Positions 1-12,500 of a stretch of 64,000 nt of DNA are shown in pieces (positions within the stretch are counted from its first letter, which is position 1; every line of letters starts with the position of its first letter). Location of the stretch: assembly GCA_965153285.1 (NCBI GenBank), contig OZ229113.1, one strand, 5' to 3'. Position numbers and translations under genes: made by a program. The notes beneath the pieces were generated by a model, which searched no databases, was not told the origin of the DNA, and worked only from the letters and a program-made list of their open reading frames with translations. Origin of the DNA: Podarcis tiliguerta (Eukaryota).

Positions 1-1459
1 GGCCTTGTGCAACAATGGTGGTATAAAATCCTTGCAATTCACATACAAACCATTGCTGCAAATCACTGTAAGGAAATCTCTGTCACAAACAGTGCCATCT
101 CCCATTTCCTTACAACCAGATGCACACTATTATCTGCAAGTTGCTTCATTGCACATTATGTTCCCTATACGAAGGCACAGACTTTCTTAACTTTCTGAAC
201 TCAGAATCCCCTTCTGAAGCACTTCTGAGAGCAAAACACTTGGCCCACAGGTAATATGTGCAGAGATCCTAGTTCATAGCCATGTGCACACTGCTACTGT
301 CGCATCCAGAAGATATTTGGATTTAGGGCACAAATCCAACACAAGGAATAGGAGACTGACCCTCCTTCCCTGTCCTCTAACCTGCCTTGTTTTTCTTGCA
401 GTCGGTAAGACTGGAAGCCTATGTTGCATTTAATGTCTGCACAATGTTAAGACCTGAAATTATAATGACAGCAACAATCACACAAACTATAATAATTGGG
501 GCCTCTTCTAAGCCTCCCCACTGAGCACCACAATAAGAACAAAGCAGCAGTAATATCTGTGCTCCCATCTCTCCTGGACCAGAACAGGGTGAGAAAACAG
601 TGTGGAAGGCACTTGACCCCAGGACGGCAGTGAGAGACATTTGCAGTAGTGGATGGTGCTCACTCAGACTGAGAGGCAGGGCGATCAGCAGTAGGTAAGA
701 GACCACTGACAGATAGAGCCACTTCCTGACTGGTTGTAGAGAGGCAGACAGGCTCTGTAGCCTATTGGCTCCACTTTTAATTTGTCTGGGGAGCATCACC
801 TGCCTTGGGAATGGGATACTGTCCTTCCCTAGAATTTCATGTCCTCCTATCGGTGTGCTGCACACTCTCACCCCAGCATGAGAGCCACTGCTTTAACTCA
901 TACAATGTGAAACCAGCCACACACCACACAGATATTATCATCAAGAAAATGGTAAGGGGAGATGCCTTTTCGTTGCTAAGAGTCAACGGAGGCAACAATA
1001 GATTCTACTTCTCCTATAATTTATTTAAAAATAAAAATTAAGACTAGGCAAGCATCTCCCATACTACTTTCCAACATTTTAATTACCCAGAAGAAGTTCT
1101 TGCCATGCTCCACTTTCCCATCGAAGTGTTATTAATAAAACAGACTTGTGGCAGCCTGAATGCAGCCTGTACTCTATGTCTGGGCATTGTTATCCCCTCC
1201 GATATTCTAACCTTCTTTGCTTCTTTCACTGAGTACATGGTGGGGAGAATGGGATCATGGCTGCAAGCCTGCCCCTGATCTCTGCACATCCATTTGAAGG
1301 GACAAACTGAATTTCACATGCATACAAGAGTCTGCACGTAGGCGCCATACGTATTAGCAGAACCCCAGATCCCACAGGATTCCCAGCTGCATGGAAGAGT
1401 CTTTTGTATCACTTGTCTTTGTCACACTGGGATCCAGCCTCATGGTAGCTTACATAACA

Positions 1460-1760
1460 GTTTCCCCTCTCATCAGTCCTGGGAGGTAGGTTTGGCTAAG
1501 AATATCTGGCCCAAGACCACCTAGTGCAGGCATAGGCAAACTGTGGCCCTCCAGATGTTTGGGACTACAATCTCCATCATCCCGAGCTAACAGGACCAGT
1601 GGTCAGGGATGATGGGAATTGTAGTCCCAAACATCTGGAGGGCTGGAGTTTGCCTATGCCTGACACAGTGTTCTCTGTGGATATTTGGGGTTTGTGTGTG
1701 TGAAATTTCCAACGTGTCTCATCTCCTTAGTCTAAACTGAACTTTCCATTTGCTACACAC
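1460..1760 (-). mobile_element. Old MIR/CORE-like tRNA SINE relic, interrupted by a hAT MITE
   Basis: gaggtaggtttggctaagaatatctggcccaagaccacctagtg resembles the reverse CORE-SINE body; degenerate continuation after 1662. Confidence 0.45.
1527..1662. mobile_element. 136-bp palindromic hAT-type MITE
   Basis: TIR CAGGCATAGGCAAACT / AGTTTGCCTATGCCTG, ~57-bp self-complementary arms, degenerate 8-bp TSD ACCTAGTG / ACACAGTG. Confidence 0.85.
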
Positions 1761-1872
1761 ACCAGATCTTGATGAATAATATATGGTAAATGAATTTCAA
1801 CTTATTTACTCCTAGCATATTCATTGAGCTTGTTTTTACCACCACGAGTTCTTACTTACACTGGCATTCCAA

Positions 1873-1914
1873 ATTAATCTTATTGCTTCATATATTAATC
1901 TTATTGCTTCATAT
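1873..1914. repeat. Perfect 21-bp tandem duplication
   Basis: ATTAATCTTATTGCTTCATAT x2. Confidence 0.95.
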
Positions 1915-2734
1915 GTGTGTGTATATTATTTTAAATGGGCCAAAGGGGAGGGCAATTTAGTTATGCAATTATTTACATAGTGATACAGTAAAATGTAATT
2001 AATGCAAGAGCCACAGATGGCAAAAATAAGCAAAAACTTTCCTTTTGCCCTTTTGTCCTGGATTTGCTACGTTGTCCAAGACCCATAATACAAAGTAGGC
2101 TGACTGATCAAATTGCTCAAATCAAGAGGTGCAGGAGAATGTTGGAATTGGATGATAGGGCTACTTTGCTGTGTTTTTGTGTAGTTTACAACAGAAACTA
2201 ATAGAGACACACAGAAATGAATAAAGACAACTTCCTATTCTTAAATAGCCTTTCAATGGAAGTTCCTCATTAGGTTTTAGAACCCTGATTTTCCCTTTTT
2301 GGGAAAATTGCAATGCTTGGGCTCTTGCGTTATTTTATTCTGATACCACCTTGTGGAAAGCAACTAATTGATCATGTTTTCTGTTGATAAATGAATAATG
2401 CACCCGACTCCTCCAGAGAATAAACAGGTATTTAAAAATTCAGAGTAAACGATAGTGTCTCATTCTGTTTCATGTGGTTTTTAAAGAAACAAACATACAA
2501 ACCCAAATCCTTTTTTATATATATAGAGAGAATTCTCAACTGACCCTTAAGAGGAAAATGAGAAAGGTGTGCAAGAGTCAATGGGACGCAGACTGAAGCT
2601 GGAGTCAGAAAAAGATGAATTATAGATGAAGAGGCATGTATTAAATATAACATTGAAATAAGTTAAAGAGGGCAAGGGAACCATGTTTTATACAGCAGTG
2701 GTCAGGATGGAGCCCCTCTAGCAGCGCCTTCGGA

Positions 2735-2890
2735 GGATATAGGGAGGGACAGGGAACCTTTGATCCTTCAGACGTAGTTGGTCTCCAACTCCCAGTAGCT
2801 CCAGCCAACATGGCCAATGGACAGAGTTGATGGGCATTGTAGTCCAGGAACATTCAGACTGAGATTGCCACAAGTTCTCCCAAGCACTAA
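2735..2890. mobile_element. Older palindromic hAT-type MITE related to 1527-1662
   Basis: Degenerate core caactcccagtagctccagcc...gatgggcattgtagtcca. Confidence 0.55.
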
Positions 2891-4726
2891 CACTGGGTCT
2901 ATTACATGGAATTTGCCTGTTTCCTTGGGGACCCTGCAGTGCTGGACCTGCTATTGAAGGCTGCAATGAGGCCAGGCAGAAACAAAAGAACCTCTTACAA
3001 ACTAAGAGGAACTATCCCAGAACCACACTGAAAGAAAATCTGAAGTGAAGCCATGTCTGCAAGACAAGATCACAGTCCTCCTACCTTCATTGGAATGAAA
3101 ATGTCTTGTTTCAAAATTAAAATGAGGACAGAGTTTATTGTATTTTTAGGGATATTTCTGTGATCCACCTAGGGCCCACCTGAATTGGAAAGAAAATAAA
3201 ACGAATGAATAAACAAGTAAGTTTAAATAAGAATAACAGATCCTGGGATCTGGAAGGCATTGTGTTTCAGGAATCCCTGAATACTGGCAGCAGTCTCAGG
3301 TATCTGCTACCCACCTCTGCCTTTTGGAATGGTTATGGAGTTGTCTTGTAAAAATGGTGTTAGACTGAGCTTTGAGCCTCCTCCTTGAAATCTCTGCATG
3401 GCCAAAAGCTACTGGGGGAGGCATTTTGTCTCTACATGCATAGCATAAGGACTCATCCATACTTGCCTTTGCTCTGCACTTTCTGTGCACAGATCTAGGC
3501 TCTCCAGGTCTGTGTCCAAGTGGACACAGTGCCCCCGCCCCGTGCCCCGGTACTTTCCCCAGGGAAACCCAGGTTTTATTGCTGAATTGGAACAAACAGC
3601 AGTCCACAGAAAACCTGGTTGCCACTTGCTCTGATTCACTGGTAACAAATGGGGTTTCCCAGCGAAAACACCAGGAGAAACAAAAACCTACTCCAATTTG
3701 GACCTGGAAAACCTGGATCTGTCTGGCAAAAAAGGAAGTTCTGGTGAGCCCCAATTGTATACACATGGTATCTTTCAACCACTATCATGAAGTGCATAGC
3801 ATCACACACTACAACTGGTGATGTTCTGAATTGCTGTTTACAGGAGACAATTAATGTTTTGTTCTTTTTCTCCCAGTATAACTTTAACCTAAGAACCCTT
3901 TTCTTTTTTTGAAGACAAAACTATTCTAAATGAAAATAGTGCATACAACAATGGAAACGAGCCGCCAACCCTCTTGAATAGGTAAGAATCAGAGCAGGAG
4001 TGTTCAAAGTATGATCCTATTTTTACCTCTGAAACAGTGCAGGATCTGGGGGAAAGCATAGCAGGCAAGACACATGGGGTCATGTAATGCAGCATAACAA
4101 TTCTTTCATGCCCTTTAACAATTCCATCATGCTCTGGAACCAGTCTTGCAGACGTGGTATGCGCACTCTCCCCACTTCTTCACCCCAGCCATTAAACGGG
4201 AGGGGGTGGAATACCGAACACTGCCGGACCCATGACAAACCTCTGTGGAATTTCACTCCTTATCTCCTCCTACCCGGAGAGCAATCCATTAACTGGTACT
4301 CCTTGAGTGCTCCTTTTCAGCCATTTGTACACCTAATCTATTCCACCACCTTTTAACCTGCATTTCTCCAGCTGACATATGGGAATGTCATGTTCAGGAT
4401 ATTGCTGTCAAAAGCCAAAAAGCTCACTTGTTTTGCATTTCCATCAACCAGTGGGCCCTATAAATAGCATTATCTTGACCTGCTCTGAGCAAGAACTGGA
4501 GAGCCAAAGTGTGCTGGAAGCAAGTCGAGAGTAGGCTGGGGAAACAAGAAAGGCTGTCAAGCACTCCTCAGGCTGCAGAATGCAGTTGGAGGCTGCAGCT
4601 CGGCTTGGTGGGTCAAAGATGTGCCTTAGCAAATGCAGACTGCAACCCTAGCCCTCCAATGCTGGGGTGGGTGGGTGGAAAGCCTACCAGGTTCTGACAG
4701 ATGATTCAGAGCCCGATATGTGTATC

Positions 4727-4796
4727 CATAGAGTTTTAGAATTGGAAGGGACCTCTGAGGGTCAACTAGTCCAACCCCCTGCAATGCAGGAATCTC
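4727..4796 (-). mobile_element. 3' fragment of a tRNA/CR1-tail SINE (Squam3-like)
   Basis: Reverse complement matches the tail of the copy at 23339-23480 (attcctgcattgcagggggttggactag...cccttccaa). Confidence 0.7.
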
Positions 4797-5311
4797 AACA
4801 TGTGGTCCTCCATCCTATTTGAAACCATACCTGACCCTGCTTACCTTTGCAAAGGAACTAGCTGTTTCATTGCTGCACCACTCAGATGCAAGGCTGACAG
4901 AGTTCAATGGGACTGACAACCTATTTTGTAGCCTAAATAGTAAGCATACTTACTGGGGTAAGCCCATCAACTGACCTTATGCCTGAGTAAATTTGAATTG
5001 AATCCAGATGCTAGATATATTTAGCACCATTTTAAAACACACACACGGCAACCAGCCAGTCACTTGAAAAATACCTCCAGGGCTGGCACACCTAGGCTGC
5101 TACACTTTGGGAAGGCCAACTAGGGCTGAAGAATGACTACCTGGAGCAGCTGCTGGGCAGAGGGCTCTACACTGAGTGAGTAGGCAGGTGAGGGATGGTG
5201 CCTATTCCTTGGGTTTGGGAGAGAGTGATGGTGGCAAGGAGCTGCACTTGCCAAGCTTGCTGGATGTGTGAAGGATTTGGTCTACAAACATCTCACCTGC
5301 TCAGTCACCAA

Positions 5312-5655
5312 CAGGGACATACATAGGGGTTGGTTAGGTTGGCCCCCGCCCAAGGTGCAAGGCCAAGAGGGCACAAAAATCACACTTCTCCACTCTGGCT
5401 TGGAATGGCTAGGAGAGAAAGTAGCAAATGGAAGGAGGCACAGAGGCAGACAGAGGAACCAACGGGGGAGGAGAAGGGAAGGCAGAGTAGACCCGAACTT
5501 CCGACCCCCCGCATAACCATGGAGGAAGTCATGGTGGAGAGCAAAAAGTGATGAAAATAAAATATTTTGAATTTCTGGTCCATGGTCTCTCCTGGCTTCA
5601 GAAGCTCCAAGACAGCTCCTTGCCAAGGGCACAAGGGAGTCTAGGTATGCCTCTG
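5312..5655. mobile_element. Non-autonomous hAT-type DNA transposon
   Basis: Imperfect TIRs CAGGGACATACATAG / CTAGGTATGCCTCTG; flanks GTCACCAA / GCACCAA resemble an 8-bp TSD. Confidence 0.6.
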
Positions 5656-6307
5656 GCACCAACATGGTTGCATCAGCAGGGGAGGCAGCAGCCAAAGTGG
5701 TCTCTTCCCTTTGGGGAAGCTGCAGGATCCAATGCCAACTGTAGCTCCACCCAAAGGGGGGGGGGGGACAGATGAAGGCAGCAGCCCCTTGTCACCCCTC
5801 CACTGCTTGTTGCCTGCTTGGATGAGCAAAGGAGCCGCTACTTCCAATCGCTTGCCCTCTGACAAGGTGGGTCCAGCCCCAGCCTCCAGCTCCACTGCAG
5901 TGTCACCCACTCTGGCAAGGGAGTGGCGGGCAGAGCTCCCAGGGCAGCAGGTACTGTCTCTACTTCAGGCCCCAATCCCAGGTTGCTGCGCTGGCCAATG
6001 AGACACCTCTGATGCTCACTCACAGTGGCAAACTCTGGGCTTTAAAATTTCAACAGCGCCCTGGGCAACACCAAAATCCCCCCCCCCCCGCCTTCTTCTG
6101 TTTTAAGCCATTGTTGCAGCACCCTCTTGGCTCAGCGCCCAACCAACCGGTTGTGCTCTCCTAAATCCACCTCTGCCATTCACAGCAAGCTATGGAGGAG
6201 GCTTCAGGACCAGCCTAGTGGGCCCTTTGGGTCGATGCAGCAGGAAGGATGTGAGGGGCAACCACCCAACACACTCCAGGTGTCAAATGTGGGGGCTCAG
6301 ACCCCTA

Positions 6308-6622
6308 ACAAACGTGACATGAAGGCTGGCAACATCAACCCCCCTGTGTGGGCATCCCTTGCAGAAAACCGCAGTGCCTGGAGACAGACAGGTTGTGCGT
6401 CCACAGCAGTGACCAGAGGAGGAATGGCATCTGGAAGGAGTGCAGAGAGTAGAAATGCAATGGCGCATCTGCAGCAGCACAACTGGACGCCTTCATCAGC
6501 CCCGGCTGCAACAAAACATCTCTCTCCAGTACCAGTCTCTACAGTCACGGCAGATGTTGTACCTCATCCCCAAAGGCACACTCTTCCATTGTCTCTTGAG
6601 ACAGATGGATGCCAACAACAAA
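6308..6622 (+). mobile_element. RTE-clade LINE 3' end fragment (degenerate)
   Basis: Encodes KRDMKAGNINPPVWASLAENRSAWRQT typical of the RTE ORF C-terminus, then a decayed Zn-finger-like segment in another frame (AFISPGCNKTSLSSTSLYSH); ends ccattgtctcttgagacagatggatgc(caa)n. Confidence 0.8.
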
Positions 6623-6909
6623 AGACCCCAAACTTTTAGTATCTGAGTCCAGAACTGCAGAGTTGGAAGAGACCCAGGTCATTGACTCTACCTCCTTGCT
6701 GTACTCAAGCTATGGAAGAAGTCTGAGCAAAGCAGGGATGGAAGGACATTCGAGAAGCTGTTCTTATGTAAATATAAACCAAACCAGTTTTAACAAGGAG
6801 AAGTAGCAGAGAGGGGTCCCACACGGCGACTAACACCAACAAGCTAATACTGTACAACAGAGCCTTCCCCAACTCCTTCCTGGCTGCGCTCAGGCTTTGT
6901 TTTAACCTG

Positions 6910-8160
6910 CCATTTCCCGCCCCCCACGTCGCCGTCCGAGGCGAAGGGTACTCTGCACGCGCTCAGAGGAGCTGGATGTTTCCCCCCCTGTAGGTAGGCA
7001 GGTAAGAGTGGGAAACAAACAGGGAAAAGGAAAACAGCGTATGTTGAGGCAAGACTAGAGCTGGCTGAAAACCGCCGCCTGAGCGGGCGCCCGTGCTCCT
7101 CATCCCGCCGCCCGATCAGCCATTCTGCACAACGGCAGCCTCAGCGCCCGCCGCCCGGCCCGCGGAGCCGGAGCAACTGGCCCGCTCGCCCGGCTGCCCG
7201 TCGCGGCGCTGGCCCCGCCCTCGGCCCCGCCCCCGCGCCGCCGGCCAATCCGGCTCGGCGGAGGGGGAGGGCGATGCAGGCTTTGCGCCCGCCCTCCCTG
7301 TGGGCTTATTGAGAGTTATATCAAGAAACCCAGTTCGGAGCGAGCGAGCGAGGAAGGGGAGAGCGAGCGAGCGAGCCAAGGAGGGAGCGCGCGCCGGAGG
7401 AGACGGGAGGAGAAGCAGCCTGCGCCGCCTGCCCGCCTTGCCTCGCCTCCGCGGCCGAGCAACAGCCCGCTCGGGGTCCGCGCGCCGGGGCAGCCCGCCA
7501 GCCTCGCCCCCCGCGAGGAGGTCCCGGGCAAGGCGAGGGCTCTGCGGGAAGAAGTTGCGCGCTCAGTTTCCTGGCGGCGCGGAAGGCGAGCGCAGCAGCG
7601 CCCGGCGCGGGCATCGGGCGGCCGAGCGGGGCATGCCCTGATCCGGAGGAGAAGCGCGCCGGGCGGGCTGTGCGCTCAGCGCCGGGCTGCGGGGCCGCCT
7701 TGGCCGGGGCTGGGGAGCCGGCGGTGTCGCCTGCGCCGCCGCGAGAGGGATCGGCATCGCTTTGATCAGCATCCTCCTCGTCATCCTCAGAGTAAGGAGG
7801 AAGAGCAAGTAAATAAGGGAGGGGCAGAGCGGGAGACGAGGTGGAGGGAGGGCGAGAGAGACGCGCCGAGAGAAGCATGGCGAACCCGGACGGAACTGTG
7901 AATTTGTTCTCTGGAGTTGTGAATTTGCCACCGAGGAACAACACCTCTGCTCTGGAGGAGGAAGCGCCTGCCTGGCCGGCTGCTTGCTGAGTCCCCTTCC
8001 ACCTCTCCTCTCCCTCCAAAAGAGACGAATTTGGTGGCTACCTGGGTGCCCGATGCATTGCGCGGGGCTTCCTCTGTGTCTTGGTCCTGGGAGATCGGGT
8101 CCTTCCTCGGCTGCTGCTGCTGCTGCAGTTCATCGGCACACGAAAAAGCGGCAACGTAAG
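6910..8160 (+). promoter_or_regulatory. CpG-island promoter of PCDH9 with GC boxes and a CCAAT box
   Basis: Dense CpG/GC-rich tract in an otherwise CpG-depleted window; GC boxes GGCCCCGCCC (7211-7220) and CCCCGCCCCC (~7225-7234), CCAAT (7245-7249), AT-rich patch ~7306-7320, initiator-like CAGTT at 7331-7335; ~2.2 kb upstream of the PCDH9 ATG. Confidence 0.85.
7332..8155 (+). other. PCDH9: PCDH9 non-coding exon 1 (5'UTR); start approximate
   Basis: Ends at the donor AAC|GTAAGT (GT at 8156); begins near the Inr-like element downstream of the CCAAT/GC boxes. TSS is inferred. Confidence 0.7.
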
Positions 8161-9433
8161 TGCAAAGTTCCATATGCTTCTCTCTTTTTTTGGAAGGGGA
8201 GGCATTTTTCAAAAAATAAAATTGATTTTAATGTATATTCCGACGGGAGGGGGGGAATCTCCGCGTTGCTTTGGGCTTGAGTTTGCTGGCTCTGCAGCCC
8301 TTACCTGCCTGCATCAGTGTAATGGAAAGGATCACGGATATCAACGCGTAGCTTTTAATGCAGATGTCAGATCAGTGCTTCTGACCAAACTCTCTCCGCC
8401 TCCCCCTCCCCCAATCTTATAAGGACGCCTGGAGCTTTATTTGCTCCCATAAGGGCATCTGAGAAGAAGTCTCTCTCTCTCTTTCTTAAGCAGCACTATT
8501 AGACTGCAGTATTTATGTGTGGCAGCTGCTGCTAATAACACATCCGGAGGGGCAGCCGAGTGTCACTGACTGCATCACCCCCCCCCCATACAACCCTCAT
8601 AACAAAAAACAAACCAACCCCCAACAGCATCTTTCTGCATTTTCTTTGTAAACATCTGGCTTGCTGCTTCTGAGTTGGTTCAATGCTGCCTCCTCCCCAA
8701 ATCTCCTGTTTATGTTGAAGTTGAACCTTCTCCGGCAGATGCAAGTCACATACACTGGCACACTGGAACATCTGGAAAAGGTGACATTTTGGTTGGCTCT
8801 GGGGAAGAAACTAGAGGTCCTGTTATTGTCTTCCTTAGTTAATAGAGATGGGAAGTAGCCAGAGAGCTGCTGCAGAAGCAGCAGCATTGTGAGCAGTTTG
8901 TCTGAATCGTTAAGAGATCCTAGACCATCTTACAGCACTAGCCTAGGATAAAACACACAAGCAAGAGGAAGGGGAGGGAAACGTAGCTGGGTAATTTAAT
9001 TGGGAGAAGGCAGGATGCATGATGCTTTAAATTGCAGTGGGCATACAATTCATGCTATGCATTTTTTAAAAAAGAACTTCCACTAAATTTTGGCGTGGAA
9101 GGAGAAAGCATTGCATGGTATGCTCAGTTCAATGGACTGATTTGAACAAACATGTGTATGTGTGTGTGTGTATGAGAGAGAAGAAAACGGCTTCTCTCCC
9201 ATCAATCTTGTAACTAGTTAATTTCATTCTGAATGTGTGGTATACTGGCACATTCATGGAGAGGAACTGCTTGCACACACAAACGAAAGGAAGGGAGGAA
9301 AAGCAGGTGTCGGGTGTTTGTAAGTGTGTTGCAGAAACGTGGAGCAGGGCTTGGCAGTTGCATCTGGTGTCAGTTAAAATGAGTCAATAACACTTCTTTT
9401 TTATTGTTGTTGTTGTTGTGATTGTGTTGACAG
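8156..9433 (+). other. PCDH9: PCDH9 intron 1
   Basis: GTAAGT donor at 8156; T-rich tract 9394-9430 followed by TTGACAG|TGG acceptor (AG 9432-9433), 133 nt upstream of the ATG. Confidence 0.75.
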
Positions 9434-9566
9434 TGGCTGTCTGGAAGCAAGAGCTCTGATGTGATGCATCCTGCAGTCTTCCCCTTGCGAACGAGGCAGC
9501 AGCAGCATTCCATCGTGGAAACCTTGAAACCCTAAAACCCTGAGAAGGAGCTATAAACACATTATC

Positions 9567-12500
9567 ATGGACCTGAGGGATTTTTACCTGTTGGCTGCCC
9601 TGATTGCCTGTTTAAGGCTGGATTCTGCTGTGGCTCAAGAACTTATTTACACCATCCGAGAGGAGCTACCGGAAAACGTCCCCATCGGGAACATACCAAA
9701 GGATCTGAACATTTCTCACATCAATGCCGCCACAGGAACCAGCGCTAGTCTTGTCTACAGACTGGTCTCCAAAGCAGGGGATGCCCCTTTGGTGAAAGTG
9801 TCCAGCACCACAGGGGAGATCTTTACCACCTCCAACAGAATCGACAGAGAGAGACTCTGTGCGGGAGCTGCTTATGCTGAAGAGAATGAGTGCTTCTTTG
9901 AGCTGGAGGTGGTGATTCTTCCAAACGACTTCTTTCGGCTGATCAAGATCAAAATAATTGTGAAGGATACCAATGACAATGCCCCCATGTTCCCCTCCCC
10001 TGTCATCAACATCTCCATACCTGAAAACACTCTGATCAACAGCCGCTTTCCGATCCCGTCAGCCACAGACCCCGACACTGGTTTCAATGGGGTGCAGCAC
10101 TATGAACTTTTGAATGGGCAAAGTGTCTTTGGGCTGGATATCGTGGAAACTCCAGAAGGGGAGAAGTGGCCTCAGCTGATTGTGCAGCAGAACTTGGACA
10201 GGGAGCACAAAGATACCTATGTGATGAAAATCAAAGTCGAGGATGGAGGAACCCCCCAGAAATCCAGCACAGCTATCCTCCAGGTCACAGTAAGTGATGT
10301 CAATGACAACAGGCCGGTTTTTAAAGAGAGTCAGATGGAGGTTCACATACCAGAGAATGCCCCTGTAGGTACCTCGGTCATTCAGCTGCATGCCACAGAC
10401 GCAGATATAGGAAGCAATGCGGAAATCAGATATATTTTTGGTGCCCAGGTTGCTCCTGCAACTAAAAGACTCTTTGCTTTAAACAACACAACTGGGCTGG
10501 TGACAGTTCAGAGGGCCTTAGACCGAGAGGAAACTGCCATCCACAAGGTGACGGTGCTGGCCAGTGATGGCAGCTCTACACCTGCCCGGGCAACTGTTTC
10601 CATCAATGTGACTGATGTTAACGATAACCCCCCTAACATAGACCTCAGGTACATTATAAGTCCCATCAATGGCACAGTGTACTTATCTGAGAAAGACCCC
10701 ATCAATACCAAGATTGCCCTAATTACGGTCTCAGATAAGGATACTGATGTGAATGGCAAAGTGATCTGTTTCATTGAGAGAGAAGTGCCATTCCACTTGA
10801 AGGCTGTTTATGACAACCAGTACTTGTTAGAGACCTCTTCCTTGCTGGACTATGAGGGCACCAAAGAATTCAGCTTTAAAATAGTTGCCTCCGATTCTGG
10901 CAAGCCCAGTTTGAACCAGACCGCCCTAGTAAGAGTTAAGCTGGAAGATGAAAATGACAACCCTCCAATTTTCAGCCAGCCTGTAATTGAGCTGTCCGTT
11001 TCCGAAAACAACCGCCGTGGTCTGTACTTAACAACTATTAGTGCCACAGATGAGGACAGTGGGAAAAATGCAGACATTGTTTATCAGCTTGGCCCCAACG
11101 CCTCCTTTTTTGATTTGGATCGAAAGACGGGGGTTTTGACAGCTTCCAGAGTCTTTGACAGAGAAGAGCAGGAGAGGTTCATTTTTACTGTTACGGCCCG
11201 AGACAATGGCACCCCTCCCCTGCAAAGTCAAGCTGCTGTGATCGTTACAGTATTGGACGAGAATGACAACAGTCCCAAATTTACTCATAACCATTTTCAG
11301 TTTTTTGTGTCGGAGAACTTACCAAAGTATAGCACCGTAGGAGTGATCACAGTGACTGATGCAGATGCAGGAGAAAATAAAGCTGTCACTCTCTCCATCC
11401 TGAATGACAATGAGAACTTTGTTCTGGATCCTTACTCTGGAGTTATAAAGTCCAATGTTTCTTTTGACCGAGAGCAGCAGAGTTCCTACACCTTTGACGT
11501 CAAGGCCATCGATGGAGGACAACCGCCTCGTTCTTCTACCGCAAAAGTCACTATAAATGTCATGGATGTTAATGACAACAGCCCTGTGGTCATCTACCCA
11601 CCTTCAAATACTTCTTTTAAGCTGGTGCCTCTCTCTGCAATCCCTGGCTCTGTTGTGGCTGAAGTGTTTGCTGTTGACGTTGACACGGGAATGAACGCTG
11701 AGCTGAAATACACAATCGTAAGTGGAAACAACAAAGGTTTGTTCCGTATTGATCCGGTGACGGGTAACATTACCCTGGAAGAAAAACCTACTCCTACTGA
11801 TGTAGGGCTGCATCGATTAGTGGTCAATATCAGTGACCTGGGTTATCCTAAATCTCTGCATACCCTTGTCCTTGTGTTTTTGTACGTCAATGACACGGCT
11901 GGAAACGCCTCTTATATTTATGACTTGATCCGCAGGACTATGGAAACCCCTTTGGACAGGAACATCGGGGACAGCAGCCAGCCTTATCAAAACGAGGACT
12001 ACCTTACAATCATGATTGCTATTGTGGCAGGTGCCATGGTGGTCATTGTGGTGATATTTGTCACTGTTCTGGTCCGCTGCCGCCACGCCTCCCGCTTCAA
12101 AGCTGCCCAGAGGAGCAAGCAAGGGGCCGAGTGGATGTCTCCCAATCAGGAGAACAAACAGAACAAGAAAAAGAAGCGGAAGAAAAGGAAGTCTCCCAAG
12201 AGTTCCCTGTTGAATTTTGTTACCATTGAGGAATCCAAACCGGAGGATGCCGTTCATGAACCTATCAACGGGACCATTAGCCTTCCAGCTGAGCTGGAGG
12301 AGCAAAGTATAGGAAGATTTGACTGGGGCACGGCCCCACCCACCACCTTTAAGCCTAACAGCCCTGATCTTGCTAAGCATTACAAATCTGCCTCTCCACA
12401 GTCCGCTTTCCATCTTAAGCCTGACACTCCCGTCTCGGTGAAAAAGCANNNNNNNNNNNNNNNNNNNNNNNNNNNNNNNNNNNNNNNNNNNNNNNNNNNN

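Noticed and set aside
419-871. 150-aa hydrophobic ORF on the minus strand
   Set aside because: No recognisable family or splice context; consistent with a chance ORF.
8081-8155. Signal-peptide-like LPRLLLLLQF in exon 1 as an N-terminal extension of PCDH9
   Set aside because: After splicing to 9434 this frame is out of phase with the ATG at 9567 and stops at TAA 9533-9535; the Leu run comes from a (CTG)n repeat.
7093-8212. Several long ORFs (up to 232 aa) on both strands in the CpG island
   Set aside because: GC-rich sequence lacks stop codons; peptides are low-complexity Ala/Arg/Pro/Gly, mostly with non-ATG starts and no recognisable domain.
9872-12413. Antisense ORFs overlapping the PCDH9 CDS
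   Set aside because: Typical shadow ORFs of a long coding exon; no independent features.
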